Shown here piece after piece: positions 38,931-51,370 of a DNA stretch of 64,000 nt. The stretch comes from Ramazzottius varieornatus (lineage: Eukaryota > Animalia > Tardigrada), in NCBI GenBank assembly GCA_001949185.1, contig BDGG01000003.1:624679-688678 (forward strand), written 5' to 3'. Within the stretch, counting starts at the first letter, position 1; every line of letters starts with the position of its first letter. The position numbers and the translations under genes are program-made. The notes beneath the pieces are model-generated. The model ran no database searches, was not told where the DNA came from, and was given only the letters and a program-made list of their open reading frames with translations.

Positions 38931-40014
38931 TGGCAGCACCAGAGCGGTGGCAGCGGTTCAGATACCAAAATCCCTGACCTTGGGCGGCTCGCCCAACCAG
39001 GCGTAGGCTAGCAAACCAGTCTGGGGTAGGAAACGATATAGCCCATATCAAACTTTCCGCTACACATGATTGACTGATTACTGAGGCGCGTAATTTTATA
39101 ACACAATAGCTACGATTTTTTCCGATTGTTAGTTAAATTTTGTAAGTTTTCAAGATTCTGGCGTTAAAACAGTTTCTTTCCGTCAGCTGATCCAGCAATG
39201 ACTTAATATCGGACAGTTTCGATGAAGTGAAACAAACCGCCTCCCAAACACCATGAGACTAACGTAAAGTATCACATCACAACATACAATCTACCGTCTG
39301 TAGAACGGCAGAACTTGTGATCGCTCTAGGAGAATGAGGAAGATTTTTAGGAGCTGCAAAATGAGTTTGAAATGATATAGCGAATAGCCTTCCCCTTCTC
39401 TCTGTCAGCCCTTATCTGTACAGAGTAGTACTTCCTGCTTCATGCACAGCCGTAGCTTCGTTCCCTTCCAAAGCAAAGGCGAGAACTGCACTACTCACTT
39501 GCTTTGCACTTCCTGCTTAGCGCTAGTTTCTGAAAAATCCAGAAAACTATAGGGAAACTCCAAACAGCGCTCTAATTTTACGTGTTCGCTGCAGATGAAA
39601 CTTTCTCTCACTGGGTTCAGGCATACAAGAAATATCTTGATGTAGATTGAAAGTATGCAAGCGCGAAATCAGGAAGTGTAATTTGTAAAGCCACCCGGTT
39701 GTAGGAAATTGTAGTGGAGCGCGATAATTGTTGTGCCATAAATCGCTAGATCTCTGAAGAGCGACTGTAGAATTATTGAGACTCTCCTTATGGAATCAAG
39801 CCTTTCAAGATTAGCGGTGTACACTGGAGAAATTTGTTGGGTGAGTCGAGTATAGCCATAATCTGTCCTAGACGAACAAATCGAAAACTTGGACAGGCCG
39901 CCGCACCGGCGGGCCTCAAAGCGGTTTTTTTCTTACATACTCGACAAAACCCGAGCTAAGTAATGGATGCTTCACGCAGTCAGCCAGTCCTTTTGTGTTT
40001 GGTGTTTGGCGATA

Positions 40015-40272
40015 CAGTGCACTCGCTCGAGATGGGTTACTTAATTTGACGGCTTTAATTCTGGGCCCGTCATATATTCACCAGACCGCATGCCAAGCCA
40101 CCATTCAAAATTACATAAGATATACATAACACCATGCTTCGACCGATGGAATCAAGTAATCAAATAGCATGCGTCTTGCCGAGCTGCGGCAAGGCAAGCA
40201 GGCTTGTTAATGTTCCTGACCTTCAGTTTTGACGCCGTCAAATTAGGTAACACATCTCGAGCGAGTGGACTG
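40015..40272. mobile_element. Tc1/mariner-type MITE (~258 bp), copy 2
   Basis: TA TSD, CAGTGCACTCGCTCGAGAT...ATCTCGAGCGAGTGGACTG ends, same family as 18352-18610. Confidence 0.92.
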
Positions 40273-40699
40273 TATTGAAGATGCGGGACATGTAGTGCGT
40301 TATTTTCTGCAAACGCAGTATCAGCAAAATAGACCTCACCCAAACATTATCGACTGCTGTCAATGCGTATTACAAGTACCGGTCAGGCACAATTGATTGC
40401 TTTACACGAGCGGATTTAGTGCAATCAGTCCATATGGATCCTGTGCGTATCTTGTGCATGAAGTTCTCAAATAAAGGCCAATATTCAAAACTGGAACTTT
40501 CAGTACGTTGCGTCAGCAGATTTTACCTGTACTTAAAAATTACGTCATCCACAGGTCGTACATCAGGGCACTATCTGTCTTTCCCGGCAAATTATTTTGT
40601 ACGGCCGCCGCTGGTGGCCTCAGTGTGGTGCTGTAGCGCTTACGAACTTATATTTCTCACGCGTACCAGATACACTATGCACCTGTTCGTCGTTTCTAC

Positions 40700-42190
40700 G
40701 TGGTTCTTTTGATCCTGACATTGTTGTTCTTCAAAACTATCCGTATTCACCATCTTTTTGACCGTCTGCAGCTGCGTACAGCCGCTTTCAGGCCTAATAT
40801 TCTGTCGAGATGGAAAATGCTGAGTTGTTTGGCGTTGACAGCTTTAGTCCTGCTGTTAGCTGTTCAAGAGCTTGCAGTCTGGACCATCAGTGCCATGCAA
40901 AACATCCTATCAGCAAAAATTTTAAACTCGACCAGCGAAACGTTGATAGTCGGAGATCCAATGATGATGCTGTGGCGCAAGACGGTAGAAGGTAGTCTTC
41001 CGCATGTTCTCACATGTTTTGTCAGACCAAACCATCGTCGTGCTCGGTCTTTGGGCATTGATCGTGGTTAGCCTACTACAGTCCACCATCAAACAGCTAG
41101 AAGCCATTAGCGTGAATCAATGTGATCTGATAAAACAGTGACCTGGTGAAAAGCTGGATACCGTGATACGAGGAAGTGCGTAAACTGTGGGAAGATGTGA
41201 ACGACGCCTGCATGCTGATATTTGGCGCCTTCTATGGATTTGACGTGGTGGCTATGCTAGTGTATTATCGTGATGTCGGCTGTCGTTTTTTTCGTTCCGA
41301 AGGAAGTTCAGGCAGGTAATACAGGCATGGCCTTGATTGAGTGCAGGCAGACGATCGTCTTGGTGATCCGCATCTTGATCATGACCATTCCACTGGTCTT
41401 GGTATACGAAAAGGTATGTATTCCCCAGCTTGGAATTGGCTCTGGTCAAGCAAGGCCCAACAGGACGCTTGAATTGTTTTTTTTCGAACGTGCAGGACAG
41501 GGCGTCATCGCAGCAGATAGTTACGTTGAAAGTTCCGGAGGCATCCGCCTTGGTTTTATCCCTTATGATAAGTCGGCACAGTTTGGTGGAAAGTAAACTC
41601 CAGCAGCTGAGCGTAATTTCTCCCTTCGATTTAGGGTTGCAACCTTGAAAGCTTCATCAGCGTTATGGAAAAACAAGCCGATTTCTCCCCGCTCATGTTT
41701 CAACCTTTTTGAACTAGCTAGTGGTTCTGATCACTGGAAAGGCCAAGCACAGGAGGTAAACCATTGCAGAGCGAGCACTGTTATTGCGCTGCGTTGCCTA
41801 ATGCAAGCAATCGTTTTTCCTCGGTTCCCCAGTAGAATTTTTAATCGCCCCGATAAAGTGGCGCGTCTTTTTTCAGTACTGTGTTTGCGATGTCTGAAAG
41901 CTCGAAGAATGTAATCGTCCATTGAAATTTCGACAGACTTAAAGGGGCCTCGCTTCGCTCAGCTTGATTATTCCGTGTTACCAGATCTTCAGTGCTCACG
42001 GTGAGTCATGGACTGTATATCCGTTACTGCAGGGAAACCCAATTGACCACTTACTCGTTCCCACTATTTATTACAGACTTTTATGCTATTTGCGACATTT
42101 TGCCTCTTGTCTCTGGAACTTTTCTACCGCTGGGTTATTCTGACGCAGACATCCAGAACCGTCAACTGCATGCTTAGCTTTGAGGCATTC
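40700..42190 (+). pseudogene. Gustatory-receptor-like (7tm_7) chemoreceptor pseudogene
   Basis: Hydrophobic pieces YEEVRKLWEDVNDACMLIFGAFYGFDVV, IRILIMTIPLVLVYEK|gt, LDY.RVTRSSVLT|gt, and ag|TFMLFATFCLLSLELF. The phase-0 intron before a TY/F..L.QF-like TM7 is GR-like. In-frame stops and frameshifts are present. Confidence 0.55.
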
Positions 42191-42252
42191 TAATCCATTT
42201 GTTCCATCTACAGTACATGTTGGTGAGAATACTATACTCGTACAGTAACGAT

Positions 42253-43369
42253 TCAAACGTGATAGACATCCACTGTAACCGAGTAGTCCTCGGAACAATT
42301 GGCAAATGGCCGAGCGCCACTTGGATCAGTCCAGTTCCGTAGGTAAACTGTCAAGTACCGCTTACATCCCAAATACTCCGACAATTGCTGCAACATCAGA
42401 AGGAAGATGTCAGTACCATCTTACGTACTGAGGCACGTCTAGTTTTAACAGTGAGGAAAGGGGAAAGCGCTACTTCTACACTTTGCGGTACCTGAGTTAA
42501 CGGGCTGATGTTCTCGGCCATTGTAGCGGAGAACCCATCCCGCTTCGCAACTTCCATCAATTCCTTTTCCATCATAGTAAACGCAATCACGTTTTCCTCT
42601 GCCGTGTTTTCAAGCGATGCTCCCATCATAAATTTCGACAAGATCTGACCTACGACAAAAATCTCGGGGCATTGGAATGTTTTGCCATGGAATGTATAAC
42701 TTTAACTGTCGTTCTTGATTAATGAAAATCTTCTTGGCAAAGCTTCTCTTTAATAAGTATGGTGCGCCATCTTACGTGGCTTCCCAAGAGGATTAAGTTG
42801 TTGTTGAGTAATAGCCGTCACTTCCTTCAGCATTTGGAAGATCGCGCAGAGATGGGGATGGAAGCTTTCATCGGGCTGAGCCTCATCAATGACGAGTTGA
42901 TCAGCTGCCAGTACCGCGGCGCGTAGCTTGTCAGCCTGATCGACGATAACAAAGCTGTACTCCTGAAAGATGTGCCACCACGAGCTGTAAGCATTTAGGA
43001 AGTCCGCCAGTGTCATGTTACCACAAAGGGTAAACAGTTCGGTTTTATGGAGGAAGCTTTGGGCGAGAAGCTCTTGAGCGGCTCGCTGATCGCTATGACT
43101 GACTTGACTGAGTGGCTTCAAGAGGAACTTGGGCTGGAGGGTGGGCAAGCTGGCCTGGAGGAGGACTTGCTCAATGGAACCAGCTGTCAGGAACTGCTCT
43201 AATGTGATGGGTATACCCGACTGTTGGAGCTTGAGCACGGTGGAAACCAGGTTTAAAGACGTGCCGCCCATTTCTTGGAAACTGTGCTGTGGATGAATGT
43301 GTTGCGGGTCCACGCCCAGGTTATCGGCGATCACCGAAGCGAAGTTATCCCACGGACTTGAGTAAATAT
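42253..43369 (-). CDS. ebony: Ebony-like NRPS fragment: thiolation (PCP) domain plus AANAT-like C-terminal amine-selecting domain; exons 43369-42776, 42649-42492, 42387-42253; 5' exon not identified
   Basis: PCP motif FQEMGGTSL with the Ser retained. C-domain motifs SFLHKTEL, SFVIVD, QILSKFMMG, ENVIAFTMMEKEL, ENISPLTQQL, GARPF match the Ebony C-terminal domain as I recall it. All three exons splice in frame without stops. Confidence 0.82.
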
Positions 43370-45570
43370 CTGTAAAAAAGCAAGAGTTCTCAAAGCTAAA
43401 GTACTAGAGTATAAAATACTCGCAACTTGATCAAATTAACTCTGCCGAAAGCCAACTTTTACTGAAAATCTTATGCAAACCTAGGAAGTTTACAGTATCG
43501 ATCTCGCGTTCATACCGGAAACATTGTTTTTCTATGTGACAAAACGAGGAAGAAACTTTGTTCGAGATAACGCTGGCATGAATGCTGAATTCTGGAATTT
43601 GGTCAGTAAATAGTCCATGAATTGAGCGGCAATGGAGTGTTGATCAAGTACCTATATTTCACTGCTTTTCAGTTTTACAATTCTTAAAAATGTAAACAAG
43701 CAAACAAACAGAAAGAAGCCTAGCACAAGCCTGAATTATTGGTTCCGAATATCCAAAATATAAAGTATTTCTTCTGGACCGCGAGAGCATGGAAAGGTTC
43801 CCGAAACACAGAGGGCGTTTCCTCCCTATCTATAATAAAAAGTTGTCTTCAGCTATAACTGCAGAAATGTGTTTAGGGCGTGGATCGGGCAAGCGACTTA
43901 CTCAATTCCGCTTTTAGGACAAGCAGCTCGAGGGCTGCTTATCTTGAAAGTAAGATCAGCTAACCCCATGCACACTCGATTTAAAATTCCATTTCTCTTC
44001 CGTTTCCGAGGGGCCAACAACACGAGATATTAATAGCGAATTTCGTTTGGTATTGTTGATGCCTGTTATCGCCGAGGATGTAGAAGGGGGGAGCGGCCAG
44101 AAAGAAATGTCGGGGTTTCGGCAAAGTTTGGAGGCAAACTTCGCCCACCAACCCACCCCGCGGAACTTTAATGCAAAATGTAAAATCTTTCAATTTCATA
44201 AGCGATATCGCTGGCGGGTGACACACCATGAATGGAAGGGAAAGTTGAATCTCACGTACCTTCTTCTTCCATGATAAACCGCGCTTTGTGCAGCAGATAT
44301 TCGTCAAATAGATGTATACTAAGAACTCCAACGTTTAGTGTGCAAAAGTCCAAACTCAACGCGAAGAAGTCAGTGTTGGTTGTTCCTTACGACGTCCATT
44401 CTGTAACTTGCAAATGAAGGTTTGAGGAATAAATGCGAAGCTTTCAGAGCACAACGCTCGCTTGAGTATCAAGTTGTTGATAGAAAGACGAGCCGGCAGG
44501 CCTGGATGTCAGACTTCAGGGAGCCGCAGCTGTTTACCCAGATCGAATCTTATCACAATGGCGAGTTGTCGTGTTCATATATCAACCAGGAGAATGGCCG
44601 AATTTCATGCTTTTAGACTGCCTTATCGATCTGTTTGCCTGATAACCCTAGAAGCTGGCCGAAAGAAAACGCGAGCTCGTACGGTGAGATAGCCCACGCC
44701 TTTCAGTTTCTCGATCACTGCAAGCAATTGTACTAGTCAGGAAGTCCCTTGCTAATCTGTGACGTCCACTCGAAATGGAACAGAGTGTTCGCGGAAAGAT
44801 GGCCTTGTACACTCCAAACACAGGTCTAATGCTGCGCGATCGTTTCGTTCCCGGACTTTGCAGTGAATAATGAGGACCAATTATAATTGTTTTTGCAAAC
44901 TTCCTTGTTAGTATATGTCGGTATTTGAAACCGAACGAAGTTGATGGCTGTTTGAGAAAGACGATAATGCAGTGCAACTTTGAGCTGATAGCTATCAATA
45001 TTACGCAGTCGATTACTCAATCGGCGTGCACGCGACATGGTCTTACCCATTCCAGCAATCACTTTCAATTTTGTTTTGCACTTCAAATTAAATCAAAGCA
45101 AATGCGCGGCTCGAGCTTCTGGTACAACAGCAGGTGGCAATATCATGGTCTTTTCACAAAGAGATGTCAAACGTCGGTATTTCGCCAGACTTGTTGCGGA
45201 CGATGAAGGTTATGCAATCCGTCATTCATGTGGCAATTCGGCGAAGAACGCACAGCAGCGAACTTGCTCGTTTTCAAGTTGAGCCAGCTTCGGCGCCGGC
45301 AGGCTAAGGAGTCGAAATTGTCATGGACCTGCTTTTCCTTCCTCGCGAACTCCTTACTGTGCTGCCTTTCCAACACTGATCTTGAAAAACGAAGGAACTC
45401 GGTAAATCGTTCCTCCAAGGGTTCCACGTTGAATAATTTTATACCGTAAAGCTAACGCCCTATAGATCTCTCCGAATACTTGAGCCACGTCCAGAGACGG
45501 TTGGAAGGTAAAATAAAATTTAGCATTCTGATATTCAGATGGCAGTGAGTGCAAAGGTACACAGTTCCCG

Positions 45571-48506
45571 TCAACGTCTGTCAAAGATTGTAAAATTTCT
45601 TGGTCGATGTGGCCGTGTTGGGGGAGGGGGGGGGGCAGTTCGGACAGGGGTGGTAGTTCGGGTCGTTGTAGGTCTCGTAGTTCGTTCCGTAGTAAATTCG
45701 TCGACGCGTGGTTGGAGGCTGACCGTGATCCTGGGCCGCTGTGTGGTGGTAGTTGTGGTGGTGATAGTGGTTCGAGTTCGGCGTTGTTTGCCCGGCAGAC
45801 CATATGAGTCATCCTCGTCGTCAGTGGCGTCGGTCAGTTGTTTTCCGCGTCGCATGTTATCATCCTGGTCCGTGATGACAGCTTGGGCTGAGGCGATAAC
45901 GTCGTGGTCCATGATGCGTTGACTCTGCATGTTGCTCTTCATGGCGAAACGGGGCACGGCCATGTCGACGCCGTTGACGACCTGGGTGACGGTGGTTACT
46001 TCACCGGGTTCGACGTTGTTGCAAGCGTCACCACGGCACTGGTAGAAGGCGACGGCCTTGTCCAAAATCCTCTCATTTGTCATGATATCGCATTCGTCGT
46101 TACCAAAACCCCAGGAGAAGACATTACCGGAACAGCCTCGGTTGACGATGATACGGCCTGCAGAATACACAGCTGATCAAAAAACTTTTGTTAGTTTTCA
46201 AGGTTTTTTGACGTCGTGCTCTTCAGCTTTGTGCACGTGTGTGCGTAAGAAATCTGGCTTGAGTCGTAATTCAGTTTACTCAAAGTAATTCGCTCAACAA
46301 GTTTAGCGAAGTATATTATATTTGGATCAGTGTGAAATCCAAATGGTCGTATTGATTTCTACTGATAATCGTGTTAGGGTAGATTCCTCCGAGGTGCTAA
46401 TGAAATGCTGTCTGCGACCGACAATGCTTACACGAGCTCTCGATACCCCAGAAAAGATTTCATATTGTCAGAGATATTGCTCTAGACAGCAGCAGCAGCC
46501 ACACTGGTAATCACAATGGTGCCTCCAGGACAATTATTTACCGTTCGTTTGCCAAATTGTTAGTTTAACCGAAAAATTTGGGAAATCCTTAAAGTTTTTA
46601 TGGACTCATCGGAGCAAATGTGATAAGCAAAGAATGCAGAATGCGCACATTTATGTGTGCGACCGTGATTATCGAGCACGTTCCGAGGTGTCCGTGGGTA
46701 GCGGTACTATACCGGAACATCGTTCGGGCAAAATATTAGCTGTCCCTTTGACTAACTTTGAATATCAATTAACTGCAATATTAAATTTCCAGAATATCGT
46801 TCGCACAGTGACCGACCAACCATGATACTAACCGACCAACATATCGCACCATGAGATACATCAAAGACACCCAACGGCTCTCACTGACGCCTTTGGGAAC
46901 CTTTGAAAATGGACTTTAGTGCCGAATTACTGTACATTGTTTAGAAGCGTCACGGCTACTAAAAGTGTGGATTTGAACCAATAACTAATCGGCATTCTGC
47001 ACCATCGGGACCGTGACCAAACGATGTATACATCAGGTAGCCACATGGCTGGATGATATAAAGATCAATTAGCGTTCTGGTCATGCGATAGTCATGATCA
47101 GCATTATGGACAAACGATTTGAGCAGGTGCCGTAGTCACTGCCGTAAAAACCACCAAAAGCGAGAATAGAGAAGTTGCACTTTGCACAGATGGTTTGAAC
47201 AAACGACAGTTTGGACAAAACGATTACATTTAGAAAAGATTTGTCAAGATAAGACAGTCAAGATTTGTAATTCGCCTCGCGATTCACGGAACGAATGGGG
47301 GCTTTGTTCGTGAATCACGAAGAAAATCACCCGTAGATTTCAAACGCGAACAGATTGCCGTCAGTAATGCCCTGGCTTGCCCGAAGCACTGGGAAGCGTA
47401 ATCGGTGCCCGGGAAACACAGGGCCTCCACTCCGGACAATCAGTCAATCAGATTTGCATTTGAGCCGGCTCTTTCTTAACTTGGTGGGCTAAATACTGCC
47501 CAACAAATCCCCATGACCAGCAGCGGTCGTTTGTCCCATCGTTTCTCTCAAACTCGCTCGCGTTGTGCAACTTCTCAAAGCTTCTAGCGAATGCTTTCAA
47601 ACTTCGATTTTCAAAATTAATTAGTTCTCGTTTGTTCAAACCATCTGCGCAAAAAGCATCTTCTCTAATATCAACACAGAAAAGTTCGTTGAGAGCGAGA
47701 GAGTGAGAGTCGATTATCGGGTTCTCAGTGGCAATATCACGCCCATATTCAACATTGTTCTTTTTGCCGTCGCACTGTAGCACCTCATTCTTGCATACTG
47801 GGCAATGCTCAATGGTACGCCTGAATGCGCCAACAGAAAGAAAACACCAGTTTTTTGTTCATCGATTGTGCAAAGGTTTTCAGACAGCTGTCCAATTATT
47901 CACTAGTAGAAACTGTCTTATTGATTTGACGATTCTCACGAAACACAGCGTCTTACTGCCGAAATAAGATTGTTCAGTTGTTGATCATTAACGAACAAAC
48001 ATAGTGCATAATGAAGCTTGCCTGTCAATACTGTGAGGTTGAACATACCATCGACATCGGTAACGATGGCGTTGCAGTGGGTGCTGGTGTCCGGACAATC
48101 AATCAAGCGAGCGGCAGACAAAGCTCGGCAGTCACGGTTGATGATTAGATTTGCTGAACAGACGAAGCACTGAAGTGCCACGCACTCTAAAACACATACC
48201 GACATACTCCAGTGTGAGTAACAAGATAGAAAAAAAACAACTGAAAGAAAAACGTAGAAAAAGAAGTGATAGAACGAACATTTACACATAAAAAAACTGC
48301 GCTTTCTCTATGGAAAGCGGATTCATCAATTTAGTAAAATAAAATTTGGCTCCTATACCTGTCTTTTGATTTGATTTGAGATTTTTCTTGACTCACCGAA
48401 TAGTTTGATGCAGACATGGAAAAAGTAATATAGGTTAAGCGAAATTTCATTGGGTACCTGAACAACAAATCCCGATGAAGACAGTGAGTATTCCCAGGAA
48501 ACTCAT
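45571..48506 (-). CDS. Secreted Ly6/uPAR three-finger (Quiver-like) protein with a Thr/Pro/Arg-rich tail; exons 48506-48458, 48186-48049, 46157-45571
   Basis: Signal MSFLGILTVFIGICCSECVA, then LQCFVC...C...C...C...RGC...C...CRGDACN. Phase-1 introns splice in frame. Confidence 0.82.
47125..47785. mobile_element. Degenerate inverted-repeat element in intron 2 of the Ly6 gene
   Basis: TTGCACAGATGGTTTGAACAAACGA (~47182) versus TCGTTTGTTCAAACCATCTGCGCAA (~47628-47652). Outer matches are weaker. Confidence 0.5.
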
Positions 48507-49267
48507 GGCTGGCGAGTGTCCGATGTATGGACGATTGGCGGACGACAGAACGCATGCGGACGCGGAAGTCTCTAGCCTGTCATAGCCACCCCTATAGAAA
48601 ACGACAATCTAATCAAAGAACAGACGAACGAAACATGAACAAAACCTTGGTAAGTTCTGTTAAAGAACCCAGCCGGTGCCGTCGAAGTGGGCGGAGGCAA
48701 AATCATGTTAACCTGTTCTACCTCATTCCGCAATACAGGAGAGGTTTTTCTTGCAACCACGATTGTCGACTTTCATTGTTAGGTTCATGCCGTTAATAGA
48801 TCTGAAGCGTGCCAGAGTAGCCACCAGCAATGGAAAATTTCATCAAGCGCAAACCGTCAGCGAGCAAAACTGGTGCAGAAGTTTATTTAAATCCTCCGGA
48901 GACCCTGAAAGTTTCTCATCAGGCATTGCGGAGCGCTTTAGCAGGGCCAGAAACCTTCTCCAGATTTTTCTGGAATTTTTCCAGATTTTTTGGATTTTTT
49001 TCCTGGTCATGTCATATGTGATGTCATGTCATGCCATGTAATATCCCATATAACATATCATGTACACGGACGTCACATCACGTGGTCCATGCGTTACCGT
49101 TTACAGTCAGCAGCTGGGCTGAGCGACATTTAGGTATCTGCAACAGTTTAAGGCTCTTCTATAGTCTCGCTGAGGCTACTGTCGGCGCATTTCAAGCAAT
49201 CAATGAAAAAGCGCTCCGCAATAACGGAGCACATTGAAAGCTGTCGCAATGTTGTATGAAGAACCGG

Positions 49268-49322
49268 ACTCATTGTTGATCATTTCTAGTTTGTACTCAT
49301 TGTTGATCATTTCTAGTTTGTA
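49268..49322. repeat. Perfect 27-bp tandem duplication
   Basis: ACTCATTGTTGATCATTTCTAGTTTGT occurs twice. Confidence 0.9.
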
Positions 49323-51009
49323 TTCACGCAGAAGCATTTTTATAACTCCCTGCTACACATCTATCGGGGAAGAGACAATAATAGTCTTTCACGAAGAAGC
49401 TCTTGCTACGAAGAAAGTATCATGTCTGGTAAGGTGCGGTACGCTTATGAACGTTGAAGCAATATCATGGTGCCCCCTGTGGTCAGCTCTTGGGAGCTTT
49501 TGGTCGTTGTAGAAACGTTAAACAAATATTGCAAAATAAATAGAGGCTTCAAATCGAAACAGTGAGGTCCCACTGAAAGCACTGTTGAGACGGAACGAAA
49601 GTTTGCCCGGTGCTGTGTGCTGACTAAGAAGTTTCACGTCCGAAAGTAACCTTGCAAGGTCGGGTGCTCTGGTTCGTGGAATGTGTTTCGGTGAAAGAGT
49701 TTCGCACGTATAACGCTGCAAATCCTTACGACGTCTCCAGAAGCGTCAGAACCTACTTTGCTTCGTTCGTCTCTTCCCTTTCATGTAGTTCCTGTTTTTC
49801 TGCTGCTAGACAGGCATTGTTCCGCTTTGAGTCAAAACATTTAGTATCTGCCCAACTTACTCACCAGGGCTTTCACCAATGGCATGGTTGAGGCCCACGC
49901 GCCGGAAACGGAACCCCTCTGCACTGACTTCGACCATGAATACCATGTTCGCACTCAAAACCATCGCAGCGCATGGCCTGCAACGATCTAACTCTGTTCA
50001 CGTCGAGGTGAACACCACGGAGAAGAAACTTTAGCTTTCCGCTTGGGATAACTGTTTAAATTACAGGGCATTTCGTTCTAGGGCTTCTTTTGTGGTTATT
50101 ATTGTTGCTTTCTGGCCTAATTACTATTGCACATGGAAGCAGTTTGCGAGGTACAGTGCACAAAATGCCTCCCTAACTTACCCTAACCGTGATCGAGTGG
50201 TCCTACAGCATTAGTCCTACACGGTAAGTCGAGTCACGTCACCACGGGTAGGGATGCACTTTCTACGCTGAATCTGAGTTGAAGATTGAGTCGCTGTTTT
50301 AGTGAGAAACCAAATGGTCTCCATTTTTTGAATCGATTAATGCTTCTGGCTAGAAGCACCGATGGGACTATTGGGACACGCCAAGCAACGCCTTTCGCAT
50401 CCAGGAGAAACTTGGGTGACGCCGAATACTGAAAGCTGTGTTTTGAAACCTAGCTGCCCTGATTCCGACATCGTATTCATTGACTACATCGAACCTATAC
50501 AGTAATTAGTGCCATGAGCAACGTATCCGTCCGTTGACCATGCATGTTGTCTTATACTGATAGCCCCCCTGGGCTCGCTGTTTTGACCTCCTGTTTCAAA
50601 GAGGTAGAGGCTGTCTGCGCACCTTCGGCTGGCGTGTCTCCGCAAAAGGCAACCGGTTCCGCGATCGTTGTACATTAACGTGACGCACAAATATTCCGAT
50701 CATAAACATGAGCCGTTTGAGCCTGACATCGAAGAGTCTGGAGAGGAAATTCGCGGGATCGGGGCGCTTCGAGGTACTTCCGCGCCTTAAAAAATCGGGG
50801 TCGCTGCTGAATAGTCTAAAGCCGAAATCGAAGACAATGTCGCCAAAGATGGTTCACAACTACACGTCTAACTTTCTTTCCAGCAGCATCACACTTACAC
50901 CTTCATTGGGTCTGTGATGCACTTAGTCTAGCCTCTTTTGCGAGCCTTAATCTTTTAGTTTTCAATCGAAATACTGGAACGCCCTGCTCTCCAATGTGAC
51001 GTACAGTTC

Positions 51010-51370
51010 GTTGTACCCACATGATACCGCAGTTTGAACACATTGTCCAGTTTCAGTTCAGCAACGAGAGCTGTTCTCAATTGTTCCTTCAGCCCAGTCA
51101 ACTTGTACCTGACAGCAGTTACGGGTAGTGTTTTGCGTTCTTATACGTGGTCAGAAGCGAGCCGTGGCACACGTAGCGATTCACTTCGTCTAACGCTACT
51201 GTGATGTCCTTCCTGATACCAAGGTCGGTACCTTCTCTGGAAACCAGCACGGAGTTGCGGCCAACCGGGTTCTTGGACGGTTAACGCCACCTTTGCGTCA
51301 GGCGACAGCAAGCAAGCTGTATTTGACATCAGCAAGAACCTTCAGTGTGTCGCCTGACACCACCGTACTC
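51010..51370 (-). pseudogene. Possible decayed BTB/POZ-domain fragment
   Basis: Across a frameshift: DITVALDEVNRYVCHGSL...AVRYKLTGLKEQLRTALVAELKLDNV resembles the BTB C-terminal pattern YxYtG...AdkY.l..Lk..c...l...l..eNv. Confidence 0.4.

Noticed and set aside
41079-42015. TA|CAGTCCA ... TGGACTG|TA possible element ends
   Set aside because: The match extends only 7 bp and the interior is GR-like pseudogene sequence.
45167-45812. Alternative-frame ORFs overlapping or downstream of the Ly6 last exon
   Set aside because: No usable splice donor connects them. They are likely shadows of the low-complexity tail and 3' UTR.
49700-50010. Possible minus-strand secreted-peptide exons
   Set aside because: In-frame stop, no clear start or signal peptide.
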